From Gemmatimonadaceae bacterium (GTDB lineage Bacteria; Gemmatimonadota; Gemmatimonadetes; Gemmatimonadales; Gemmatimonadaceae): a DNA stretch of 64,000 bases. How positions within the stretch are numbered: position 1 is the stretch's first letter; each line of letters opens with the position of its first letter. Shown piece after piece: positions 1 to 8,251 of this stretch. The stretch covers positions 21,923-85,922 of the forward strand of contig JBEPWA010000007.1 in NCBI GenBank assembly GCA_041690755.1. The letters run 5' to 3'. The translations under genes were made by a program, and so were the position numbers. The notes under the pieces were generated by a model. That model saw only the letters and a program-made list of their open reading frames with translations. It made no database searches and had not been told where the DNA came from.

Positions 1-97
1 GGTGCGCGAGCAGCAGCAGCGCGGCGAGCTGAACGGCGGCGAGGATGAGAATGGCGCTATGCAAATTCAGGAATTCAGAAAGAGTGGCTGTGGCCAC
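1..97 (-). CDS. Partial CDS (N-terminus only, continues past window start); hydrophobic/TM-segment protein
   Basis: The minus frame reads ..VATATLSEFLNLHSAILILAAVQLAALLLLAH with high GC3 and no stop through position 1. Possible starts are GTG at 97 or TTG at 64. It is absent from the ORF track because it is truncated. Confidence 0.25.
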   Translation of the reverse strand, partial: MATATLSEFLNLHSAILILAAVQLAALLLLAH

Positions 98-126
98 AGC
101 AGCCTGCCAATCGTGGTGTTACGCAA

Positions 127-200
127 GATCCCTCCTCGCTTCGCTCGTTCGGGATGACAAGCGGGCGCGATCAAGGGGGTTCGCTCGTTCGGGATGACAC
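127..200. repeat. Palindromic-element family, copy A: two tandem right half-sites (..CCTCGCTTCGCTCGTTCGGGATGACA and GGTTCGCTCGTTCGGGATGACAC)
   Basis: Sequence identity to the half-sites at 11719-11850, 35996-36090 and 40151-40230. The second half-site overlaps the last 8 codons of crtI. Confidence 0.8.
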
Positions 201-1667
201 GAGGACGCGTTCGAGAAGTTTGGCGGAGGACAGCACACCCGGCACGCCGGCGCCCGGATGGGTGCCGGCGCCGACGAAGTACAATCCGTCAATGGCCGAG
301 CGGTTGTGGTAGCGAAAGTATGCCGACTGCGCCAGTGTCGGCTCGGGACCGAATGCGGCGCCGTCGGCGCTGCGCAGCGTGGACTGGAAGTCCGCCGGTG
401 TCATGATGCGCGACGTGATGAGCCGGCCACGCAACCCTGGCAGCAGGCGTTGCTCCATGGACGCGAGCAGGCGGTCGAAGTACGGTGCGCGCTCGGCGTT
501 CCAATCCGTGCCGCTTCGCAGATTGGGGACGGGCGACAGCACGTAAAAGGCGTCGTGGCCGGGGGGCGCCACAAGCGGATCGCTGCGCGTGGGCGCATGG
601 ACGTACAGCGAAAAATCGTCGGCGAGCACTCGGCGCCGAAAGATGTCGTCGAGCAGGCCACGATATCGCGGACCCATGAGTATTGTATGATGAGCCACGT
701 CCGGATACCGCCCGTCCGTGCCGAAGTATCCCACGAATAAGCTCATGGACTGGCGCACGGGGCGCCGCGTCGCCCATGGCCGCTCGCCGGTCGGAATCAT
801 CGTGCGGTAGACGATTGTCGGATCGGCGTTGGCAACCACGATGTCGGCGTGGAGCGTTTGCGCCGGCGACTGTCCGCCGGTCACAACACCGCGAGCCCGC
901 CGGTGCTCCACGATGATGCGCTCGACGGGCGTGTTGAGCCGCACATCAACGCCTTGCGCGGCCATCAGGCGCATGAGGGCCTGGACGAGCGCGCCCGTTC
1001 CGCCTTTCGCGTAGTGCACGCCCCACTTTCGCTCCAGCCAGTGGATGAGCAGGTAGATGGAAGTGGTGCGAAACGGATTGCCGCCCACGAGCAGCGGCTC
1101 AAAGCTGAAGACCTGACGCAGCCGGTCGTCCTTGATGTGGCGCGCCACCAGCCCGTACACGCTGCGATAGCTCTCCAGTCGCGCCATGGCGGGCAGGGCG
1201 CGGAACATGGCCGATGCGCGGTCGAACGGCTGGTCGGCCAGTTGCTCATAGCCTACGGCAAAGATGGCGCGCGCCTTGGCGACGAGTGTGCGGTAGCCGT
1301 CGATGTCGGCTGGGTTGAAGCGCCGGATCTGCTCGATCAGCCGCTCGTCGTCGCCTACGAAATCGAACGTTTCGCCTTCGTGAAATTGAATGCGATAATA
1401 CGGATCCACCGGCACCATCTCCACGTGATCGGCGAGCCGCTCGCCGAACAAGGCGAACAATTCGTCGAACAGGTGCGGCGCGGTGATCACCGTGGGGCCG
1501 GCGTCAAAGGTGAAACCGTCCTGGCGAAAGACGCGCGCGCGTCCGCCCGGTTGATCGAGTGCCTCGCACAGCGTGACGCGATAGCCCAATGCGCGGAGCC
1601 GAAGCGCTGCCGCGATGCCGCCAAAGCCCGCGCCCACGACCACGGCATGCGGTGCGCGCGCCGTCAT
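171..1667 (-). CDS. crtI: Phytoene desaturase family protein (CrtI-type carotenoid desaturase)
   Basis: N-terminal FAD Rossmann motif VVVGAGFGGIAAALRL, then PGGRARVF..DGFTFDAGPTVIT, and the C-terminal FVGAGTHPGAGVPGV signature. Start trimmed to ATG 1667 (MTARAPH), which overlaps the upstream stop as ATGA. Carotenoid gene neighbourhood. Confidence 0.85.
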   Translation of the reverse strand: MTARAPHAVVVGAGFGGIAAALRLRALGYRVTLCEALDQPGGRARVFRQDGFTFDAGPTVITAPHLFDELFALFGERLADHVEMVPVDPYYRIQFHEGETFDFVGDDERLIEQIRRFNPADIDGYRTLVAKARAIFAVGYEQLADQPFDRASAMFRALPAMARLESYRSVYGLVARHIKDDRLRQVFSFEPLLVGGNPFRTTSIYLLIHWLERKWGVHYAKGGTGALVQALMRLMAAQGVDVRLNTPVERIIVEHRRARGVVTGGQSPAQTLHADIVVANADPTIVYRTMIPTGERPWATRRPVRQSMSLFVGYFGTDGRYPDVAHHTILMGPRYRGLLDDIFRRRVLADDFSLYVHAPTRSDPLVAPPGHDAFYVLSPVPNLRSGTDWNAERAPYFDRLLASMEQRLLPGLRGRLITSRIMTPADFQSTLRSADGAAFGPEPTLAQSAYFRYHNRSAIDGLYFVGAGTHPGAGVPGVLSSAKLLERVLVSSRTSEPP

Positions 1668-2647
1668 GGCCTGGCCCCGGCGCGCACATGATGTGCCGCG
1701 AGCAGCTCGCGCCAATGGCGTAGAGAATCGACACGAGTGGCGCGCGTCGCCTGCAGCGCAGAATCGACGAGCGCGGCTTGTGGCCCGCCAACGACAATGT
1801 CCACGCCGCGTCCCACGCCGCGGCGCAGCGCGACGAGCTCGCGCGCCGGCTGCGTCGGTGACTGCGGCGCGACGATGCTCAGTGCGACGAGCTTGGCGTC
1901 CAGGCGTTTCACCGCGGTGGCGATGGCTCCGGCGGGCAGGTCGGCGCCAAGATAGCTATAGCTCCACCCGTCGTAGGCGGCGACGATCGCGGCCATCATG
2001 GCGCCGAACTCATGTCGCTCGCCGGCCAGCGTGGCAAGCACGACGTGCCGATCGCGCCGCTCACGCCGAAGCGTCTGGAGCATAAATCCGAACACGCGGC
2101 GCAACACCTCCGACGCCGAGTGCTCCTGCGCCTCAGTCAACCGACCGGCGCTCCACTCGTCGCCGATCCAACCGCAGAGCGGCGACGCCGAGTCGGCGAG
2201 GAAGTCCAGTGTGCCGCGCTCGAGGACGAGGCGCATGAGTATTTGATAAAGGCGGTCGGCGTCGAGGGCTACAATGGCGCGTTTGCAGATCGCCAGGTCG
2301 CGCGCCATCTCCGTGTCGGTGGCGAGCGGCGCGCGCGATTCCGATGACCGCTCGTCCAGCGTGTCGCCTGCCGGCGCTCCGGCCAGCTCGCGCAGTTCCG
2401 CGGTGGTGCACGGTGCGAGCGCCGAGATCGTGGCGCCGGCAAGGGTGAGCGTGCGGAACAGCGTGAGGCGTTCGACGTCGGCGTCGGAGTAGGCCCGCTG
2501 GCCGCCGCCCGACCGGGCCGGCTCGACGGCGGCGTACCGCCGCTCCCAGGCGCGGAGGGTCAGTTCGCTGACGCCGACGCGTGCCGCCACCACCCGGATG
2601 GGATAGCGCGGGACGGTCGATGGAACGGGGCCGGCGAGATCGGACAT
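1664..2647 (-). CDS. MerR-family, cobalamin-binding light-responsive regulator (CarH/LitR-type photoreceptor)
   Basis: MerR HTH (YPIRVVAARVGVSELTLRAWERRY). The C-terminal B12 module carries both CarH signatures, Wx9EH (WSAGRLTEAQEH) and ExHxxG (ERHEFG). Start set at ATG 2647 (MSDLAGPV). The stop overlaps the crtI start. Confidence 0.85.
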   Translation of the reverse strand: MSDLAGPVPSTVPRYPIRVVAARVGVSELTLRAWERRYAAVEPARSGGGQRAYSDADVERLTLFRTLTLAGATISALAPCTTAELRELAGAPAGDTLDERSSESRAPLATDTEMARDLAICKRAIVALDADRLYQILMRLVLERGTLDFLADSASPLCGWIGDEWSAGRLTEAQEHSASEVLRRVFGFMLQTLRRERRDRHVVLATLAGERHEFGAMMAAIVAAYDGWSYSYLGADLPAGAIATAVKRLDAKLVALSIVAPQSPTQPARELVALRRGVGRGVDIVVGGPQAALVDSALQATRATRVDSLRHWRELLAAHHVRAGARP

Positions 2648-2720
2648 GGGTATAAGGATGGTATAAGTATATGGCACTATTCCTTGACGATAATTATACA
2701 ACCTATGACACTTAAAGACG
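2648..2720. promoter_or_regulatory. AT-rich divergent promoter/operator region between carH-crtI and cruF-crtB
   Basis: This 73-bp spacer is far more AT-rich than its surroundings. GGTATAAG occurs twice, at 2649-2656 and 2660-2667 (11-bp period). A TTGACG -35-like hexamer lies at 2684-2689. One 11-mer, TAATTATACAA, fits the nAnnTnnACAn CarH half-site pattern. Confidence 0.5.
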
Positions 2721-3593
2721 ATGACCAATACCATTCCGCCATCCGAGAGCAAATCCAGGTTCGAGCGCGCGCTCGTCGTCGCGCTGCTTGTGTTTACCGC
2801 GATGGCCGCCGGCGGGTACGCTACGTTCGCGCTCCATCCTGAACGACTGGCCGTCACGCCAAGCGCCATGGTGGTGTACGGCTACGCGCTCCGATTCTTT
2901 CCGCCGGCGCACATCGTGGTTGGCGTCGCCGTGCTCGCGGCAATCCTCACGCGTCGCGTGCGCGGCGCATGGATCCCCGCCGCGCTTGCGCTGTATGTCG
3001 TCAGCTTGTCGAGTGAGTTGCTCGGCACCACAGCTGGAATTCCGTTCGGGCCGTACCGCTACACAGACGGCCTTGGACTGAAGTGGTTTGGCCATGTACC
3101 GATATTGATTCCGGCGAGTTGGTTCATGATGGCGCTGCCATCGTTCGCGCTGGCGACGCGGTGGATTACAGCACACCCGGCACGTCGGATTGCCGTGGCC
3201 GCGGCGCTGCTCGTGAGTTGGGACCTCGCGCTCGATCCGGCGATGAGCCGGCTCATGCCATACTGGGTGTGGGGCAGCGCCGGCACATACTATGGAATGC
3301 CGCTGCTCAATCTCGGTGGCTGGTACGTGACGGGATTGGCGTTGATGGCGGCGCTTACGGCCTTGCGCGTCGACCGCTGGCTCGCCGCGGTTCCGACGAT
3401 GCCGCTGGCGGGGATTTACGTTGCGAATCTCGCGCTGCCGGTGATCATGGCGTTGGCCGCAGGATTATGGCCGGCAGCGGTGCTCGCGGTGCTTCCGTTC
3501 GCATTCGTGGCCGGAGTGGCGTTTCTCCGCTCGACACGAGGCGTCCCGCGCGATGCGGCGGTCGCCGTCCACGTGCCGGGCACGGCGACATGA
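2721..3593 (+). CDS. cruF: Carotenoid biosynthesis integral membrane protein (CruF-like, putative carotenoid 1,2-hydratase family)
   Basis: Polytopic membrane protein with GIPFGPYRYTDGLGLKWFGHVPILIPASWFMM, a motif I associate with the Caroten_synth/CruF family. Its stop overlaps the crtB start (ATGA at 3590-3593). Confidence 0.55.
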   Translation: MTNTIPPSESKSRFERALVVALLVFTAMAAGGYATFALHPERLAVTPSAMVVYGYALRFFPPAHIVVGVAVLAAILTRRVRGAWIPAALALYVVSLSSELLGTTAGIPFGPYRYTDGLGLKWFGHVPILIPASWFMMALPSFALATRWITAHPARRIAVAAALLVSWDLALDPAMSRLMPYWVWGSAGTYYGMPLLNLGGWYVTGLALMAALTALRVDRWLAAVPTMPLAGIYVANLALPVIMALAAGLWPAAVLAVLPFAFVAGVAFLRSTRGVPRDAAVAVHVPGTAT

Positions 3594-4528
3594 CGAGCGT
3601 GCTGTCGCACACCACCGGGACGGGGGCACTGTTGTTCGCGTCAGCGCCCGACATCGCGCCGCCACCGGCACCTGCGGAGTGGGGGTCGTACCTGTCGCAC
3701 CACGGCCGATCGTTCTGGTTGGCGGCGCAGTTGATCCCGCAGCCGCAGCGCGCGCAGGTGGCCGGCGTCTATGCGTACTGCCGGTATACGGACGACCTTG
3801 TCGATCGTGCTACCTGCTCTCCGCACGCGGTGCGCGGCGTCATCGATGAATGGGAAGCACTCTCGCGCGCGGCCTACGATGGGTGCGATACCGGCGTCGC
3901 CCTGCTCGACGTCGTCATGGGCGACATGGCCCGCAACAACGTGCCATTCGCGTATGTGGAAGGACTCATGCGTGGTATGCGCGCCGACATCGACGGCACT
4001 CGCTTCGCGACGTTGGGCCAGCTCGAGCAATATTGCCACGACGTGGCGTCGGTCGTAGGGCTCTGGCTCACCGAGCTGTTTGGCGTGCACGATCGCTGGA
4101 CGCTGGATCGCGCCAACTGCCTGGGCGTGGCCATGCAGTTGACGAACATTGCGCGCGACGTCGGCGAGGATTGGAGCGCGGGCCGGCTGTATCTGCCGCA
4201 GTCGATGCTCGACGCGCACGGAGTGACGCACGCACGGATCGACGAGCTGCGCAACGGGCGTGCAGCAATTCCGCCGGCATTCGCGGCGCTGATGGAAGAG
4301 CTGATGGTGTCCGCCGAGTTGCGGTACGCCGAGTCGAGCGAGGCGATCGGGAACCTGCCGGCATTTTTCCGGTCGTCGGTGGCCGTCGCCGCGCGGGTAT
4401 ACGCCGGGATTCACGACGCCATTCGCGCCAACGGCTACGATTCGTTGCGGCAGCGTGCGGTGGTGTCGGACGTGCGCAAGGCGGGACTCGCGCGCGCGGC
4501 CCTCGCCGGGTCGGTCGCGATCCGCTGA
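3590..4528 (+). CDS. crtB: Phytoene synthase
   Basis: Squalene/phytoene synthase motifs YAYCRYTDDLVD and QLTNIARDVGEDWSAGRLYLP. Start trimmed to ATG 3590 (MTSVLSH). The upstream 169 codons of the track ORF overlap cruF in another frame. Confidence 0.9.
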   Translation: MTSVLSHTTGTGALLFASAPDIAPPPAPAEWGSYLSHHGRSFWLAAQLIPQPQRAQVAGVYAYCRYTDDLVDRATCSPHAVRGVIDEWEALSRAAYDGCDTGVALLDVVMGDMARNNVPFAYVEGLMRGMRADIDGTRFATLGQLEQYCHDVASVVGLWLTELFGVHDRWTLDRANCLGVAMQLTNIARDVGEDWSAGRLYLPQSMLDAHGVTHARIDELRNGRAAIPPAFAALMEELMVSAELRYAESSEAIGNLPAFFRSSVAVAARVYAGIHDAIRANGYDSLRQRAVVSDVRKAGLARAALAGSVAIR

Positions 4529-4625
4529 TTCCGCGCTGGTGCGTGGCGACGAACATCTCTACCTTGGTTGTGCCCTCGGCCTGAATCGACGTGCACAACG
4601 GCATGACTCATAAAGTAGAGGTATC

Positions 4626-5780
4626 GTGTTCACGACCGCGCTTTCCCCAGTCCTTGCGGCTCTCGTGCTGATCACCGACCCGCACGCTCACGCGCAGCAC
4701 GCACAACGATCGCCGGCGGCGGTTACGCGTCGCGACTTCTATGTCACGGTGAAGTCAACCGCGCCGGCGATGCACGGCGCCGACGCCAAGCTCTATGTGC
4801 GTGAAGTAGTTCGATCGCCAAGCGACGCCGGCGCCGGCGCACCGAGCAAGGGTGTCGTGCTGTTCGTGCACGGTGCCGGAACACCGAGTGAAGTCGCGTT
4901 CGACGTACCGTATCAGGACTACAGCTGGATGGCGTATCTCGCCAACGCCGGCTTCGACGTGTTTTCCATGGACATGACCGGCTATGGACGCTCGACCCGT
5001 CCGCCAGCGATGGATGATCTGTGCAACTTGTCGCACGCACAGCAGGCGCAGTTCATTCCGGCCAAGCTCGCCCAGCCGTGCGCCGCATCATTCCCCTCGG
5101 CCATGACGACAATGAGTTCCGACTGGGACGACATTGCGGCAGTGGTCGATCATCTGCGTGCGCTGCGGCGCGTGCAGAAAGTGTCGCTCGTGGGATGGTC
5201 GCAGGGCGGGCCGCGCGCTGGAGGGTACGCGGCGCAACATCCGGACAAGGTCGAGCGACTGGTGGTGCTGGCGCCGGCCTATGGTCGTACCGGTGCACTC
5301 GCCGCGCCGAGCAGCCCCACGCCGATGACCGGCGGCTCCATGGGCACGCAGTCGCAAAAGGAATTCGCGGCGAATTGGGATCGTCAGGTGGGCTGCGCCG
5401 GACAGTACGATCCGGCGGTGAGTGCGTCGGTGTGGTCGGAGATGCTACTCTCTGACGCGGTGGGTGCGACGTGGGCGCCAGGTGTGCGTCGCGCGCCGCA
5501 GGTGCCGACGTGGGGCTTCAACCAGGCGGTCGCTAGCGCCATGACGACGCCGTTCCTCATGATCTCCGGCGCGGATGACAAGCAAGTTCCGCAGGAGCGC
5601 GTGCGGGAGCTGTACGCCGACCTGGGGTCCGCGCACAAGGTCTTTATCGATTTGGCATGCTCGTCGCACAACGCGATGTGGGAGAAGAACCATCTGGCGT
5701 TGTTTCAGGCGTCGCTGGAGTGGTTGAGCGAGGGAACGGTGGGTGGGCAGTCGCAGGGGATGGTGAAGCGGGGATATTAG
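4626..5780 (+). CDS. Secreted alpha/beta-hydrolase fold protein
   Basis: Signal peptide (..LVLITDPHAHA), HGAG oxyanion-type motif, nucleophile elbow GWSQG, and a C-terminal SSHNAMWE His region. GTG start with GAGG upstream. Confidence 0.7.
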   Translation: MFTTALSPVLAALVLITDPHAHAQHAQRSPAAVTRRDFYVTVKSTAPAMHGADAKLYVREVVRSPSDAGAGAPSKGVVLFVHGAGTPSEVAFDVPYQDYSWMAYLANAGFDVFSMDMTGYGRSTRPPAMDDLCNLSHAQQAQFIPAKLAQPCAASFPSAMTTMSSDWDDIAAVVDHLRALRRVQKVSLVGWSQGGPRAGGYAAQHPDKVERLVVLAPAYGRTGALAAPSSPTPMTGGSMGTQSQKEFAANWDRQVGCAGQYDPAVSASVWSEMLLSDAVGATWAPGVRRAPQVPTWGFNQAVASAMTTPFLMISGADDKQVPQERVRELYADLGSAHKVFIDLACSSHNAMWEKNHLALFQASLEWLSEGTVGGQSQGMVKRGY

Positions 5781-5871
5781 CAATAGGGAGGGCGAATGCG
5801 TCGGTCTGAAGCATCTCAGCCTGTGACGGCGCGTCGCATCAAGTGCGCCGTGCGACGTTGATAGCTCTCTA

Positions 5872-6273
5872 ATGGAGCCGGCATCGATCGTGACGAGGGT
5901 CATCCAGTGCGCACTGTTTGCATGCATCGCGCTTGGGTTTGCTGGCTGCACCTCACCAACCGACTGCAGCCTCGATTCCCGCGCCTCGATTCAGGTCGAT
6001 GTCGTCGATGCGACAACCGCTGACCCCGCCGCCGCCGGAGCGACCGTCATCCTGCAGTCGAGCACGTTTCGGGACTCGGTGGCGGCGCCGGCGACGCCAG
6101 CGTCAGCGCTCACCGCCTATGTCTGGTTCGAACACCGTGCCGGCCCGGGCATTTATTCGGTCCTCGTCAGCAAATCCGGGTATCAGGACTGGACGCAGTC
6201 GAACATTCACATCGTGTTCGACGGCTGTCATGTCGCAACGCTCACGCGCATCACGGCGATGTTGCGGCGGTAA
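5872..6273 (+). CDS. Small lipoprotein, carboxypeptidase-regulatory-like beta-sandwich (putative)
   Basis: Lipobox LGFAGC and good GC3. The pattern VDATT..GATV...GIYSVLVSKSGYQ resembles CarboxypepD_reg-type domains. Confidence 0.55.
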   Translation: MEPASIVTRVIQCALFACIALGFAGCTSPTDCSLDSRASIQVDVVDATTADPAAAGATVILQSSTFRDSVAAPATPASALTAYVWFEHRAGPGIYSVLVSKSGYQDWTQSNIHIVFDGCHVATLTRITAMLRR

Positions 6274-6313
6274 CAGCTGCCTAGACGTCGGTTCGGCGAT
6301 TAGACTCATCATA

Positions 6314-8251
6314 ATGAATGGATTGTCGATGAGAGTTTTACTGGCGTGTGTAGCCATCGCGCTCTCGCTCGCCGGATGTGAGCACGCCATTGCGCCCATC
6401 GATGCGCGTTCGGTCGCCGCTGTGGCCGTCTCACCCGGGCTCGACACGATCGCGCCGGACGACACGATCCCGTTCGCCGCACAGGTGAGCGACTCGATGG
6501 GCCAGCCGATCCACGGTGTGCATACCGTGTGGTCAACGTCCGATCCATTGGTCGCGACGGTGGACACCGTGGGCCGCGTGCGCGGCGTGGCGCCGGGCGT
6601 GGCGGAGATTGCGGCAATCGTCGCGGGTGCACGCGGCTCGGCGGACGTGGTGGTTCGGCTGCGGCCCGCGCGTCTTGTCTTTACGCCAGACACGCTCGGC
6701 CTCGGCGACGTCGTCACGCTGCCGTACACCGTGGTCGATGCCGCCGGCCGTGCCGTGCCCTATCCGGCCAAGATCACCAACTCGGACACCAACACCGTGG
6801 CCATTCGCGCTGCGGGGCTCGAGACCAGAACGGTAGACGTCATCGCCGCGAAGACGGGCACGGTCATATTCACTGCGGTCGTGGAGGGCCGTGCGGTGAC
6901 CGGCGCGCTGACGGTGGGGCCGCCAAAGGTCATTGGTGTCGCATCAATGCAGACGTCCGTCATCGTCCCGCTCGGCGCCGCGCGGCCGCTATTCATGTTT
7001 CCTTATGTTGGGGGCGGTGCCCTGAGCAGCGTTGCGCTCTCCTGGACGAGCAGTGATCCCACGGTCGCTTCTGTTGACGATGCGGGCATTGTCACTCCCC
7101 ACCGCATTGGTGCGGTCGCAGTGAGCGCCGAGAGTCAGGGATTCACCGCCGTCACCAACGTGCGGGTGTTCGCCTATCCGGAGGCGCCGAAGTTCGTGTC
7201 GGTGGTGACGATTGCTGGAAGCGCCTGCGCGCTCAGCGAGTCCGGCCGAGCGTACTGCTGGGGACTTGCGACGGGGACCGATAGCATCGAGACGGGCCCG
7301 AATGACAGACGTTCGACCGTTCCGGTTGCCGTGCAAACGACAGCGCGATTCACCTCGCTGGCCACCGGACCGGCCACCGGCATGTGCGGCGTCGCGACGG
7401 ACGGTTCCATTCTCTGCTGGAACGACAACAAACCACCGCTCGCAGTGGTCACGGACGTGCGCTTCGTTTCAATGTCGCACTCGTCCGGGCATAGTTGCGC
7501 GTTGACTGCTAACGGGGCAGCGTACTGTTGGGGCAACCAGAACACTGCAGGCCAGCTGGGCACCGGCACGTTCGCACCCGTGTTGACGCCCGCACCGGTG
7601 GTGGGCGGCCTGACGTTCGGGTCGATCGCTGTCGTGGATGGCGAGTCGTGCGGGCTGACGCTGTCCAACGCGCTCTACTGTTGGGGTGACAGGGACGGTG
7701 CGCCGGGCGGCGTCACGGCCTCGCCAGTGGCATTGGGAACTGGGCTCGCCTGGCAGACGATCAACGCCAGCGCGGGAAGTTCGATCTGCGGAATCGCGAC
7801 CGCCGGTGCCGTCTACTGCTGGCAGAGCGGTCCGCCGTCGCGAACGTTCCAGTCATCGCGCGCGTTCGCGCAGGCGAGCCCCGGTACTGGCCACGCGTGC
7901 TTTCTCGATCCGGCGGGCGCGGGCTATTGCAATGGTTCCAGCCAGTATGGCGCGCTGGGAACGGGGACGCTCTTTCCGTACGGTGTGGGTGACCCATTGG
8001 CGGTGGCGGGCAATCTCCACTTCAAATCGATCGCGGCCGGCAACGATTACAGCTGCGCGGTCACGGTCGACGGCGTGTTGTATTGCTGGGGACGCAACAC
8101 CACCGGTCAGGTTGGCGCCCCCTCGCTGAACGTCAATACGTATGACATCGGGGTTGGAAAGAACCTTCCCGGTGGGCCCAAGTGCAACCTCATGCAGTGT
8201 CTCATCGGCGGTATCTACGCCGGCCCGCAAAAAGTGCTTGGCCAACCATGA
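6314..8251 (+). CDS. Lipoprotein with Big_2 Ig-like domains and an RCC1-like beta-propeller
   Basis: Lipobox LSLAGC. Big_2-like segments are present (VSPGLDTIAPDDTIPFAAQVSD..). At least 7 RCC1-type blades show a recurring (A/V/I)(Y/L)CW(G/N/Q) motif (RAYCWG, ILCWN, AAYCWGNQNTAGQLGTG, ALYCWG, AVYCWQ, AGYCNGSSQYGALGTG, VLYCWGRNTTGQVG). Start trimmed to ATG 6314. Confidence 0.8.
   Translation: MNGLSMRVLLACVAIALSLAGCEHAIAPIDARSVAAVAVSPGLDTIAPDDTIPFAAQVSDSMGQPIHGVHTVWSTSDPLVATVDTVGRVRGVAPGVAEIAAIVAGARGSADVVVRLRPARLVFTPDTLGLGDVVTLPYTVVDAAGRAVPYPAKITNSDTNTVAIRAAGLETRTVDVIAAKTGTVIFTAVVEGRAVTGALTVGPPKVIGVASMQTSVIVPLGAARPLFMFPYVGGGALSSVALSWTSSDPTVASVDDAGIVTPHRIGAVAVSAESQGFTAVTNVRVFAYPEAPKFVSVVTIAGSACALSESGRAYCWGLATGTDSIETGPNDRRSTVPVAVQTTARFTSLATGPATGMCGVATDGSILCWNDNKPPLAVVTDVRFVSMSHSSGHSCALTANGAAYCWGNQNTAGQLGTGTFAPVLTPAPVVGGLTFGSIAVVDGESCGLTLSNALYCWGDRDGAPGGVTASPVALGTGLAWQTINASAGSSICGIATAGAVYCWQSGPPSRTFQSSRAFAQASPGTGHACFLDPAGAGYCNGSSQYGALGTGTLFPYGVGDPLAVAGNLHFKSIAAGNDYSCAVTVDGVLYCWGRNTTGQVGAPSLNVNTYDIGVGKNLPGGPKCNLMQCLIGGIYAGPQKVLGQP

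Noticed and set aside
2648-2720. A full three-repeat CarH operator (nAnnTnnACAn x3) in the crt spacer
   Set aside because: Only one 11-mer (TAATTATACAA) fits the published pattern. The adjacent 11-mers do not. I therefore report only the observed GGTATAAG 11-bp direct repeats and leave the operator assignment open.
5918-6313. N-terminal extensions of track ORFs (5918-6313 of the RCC1 gene; 3083-3589 of crtB; 1668-1715 of crtI; 2648-2869 of carH; 25379-25504 of the aminotransferase; 38244-38606 of the lipase; 43069-43311 of the permease; 48918-49376 of wecB; 50998-51300 of the cyclase; 50510-50692; 52938-53156)
   Set aside because: The extensions overlap neighbouring genes or structured intergenic elements, and their composition is Arg/Pro-rich. 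They end at internal ATGs that create ATGA stop-start overlaps or sit behind AGGAG-type RBSs.
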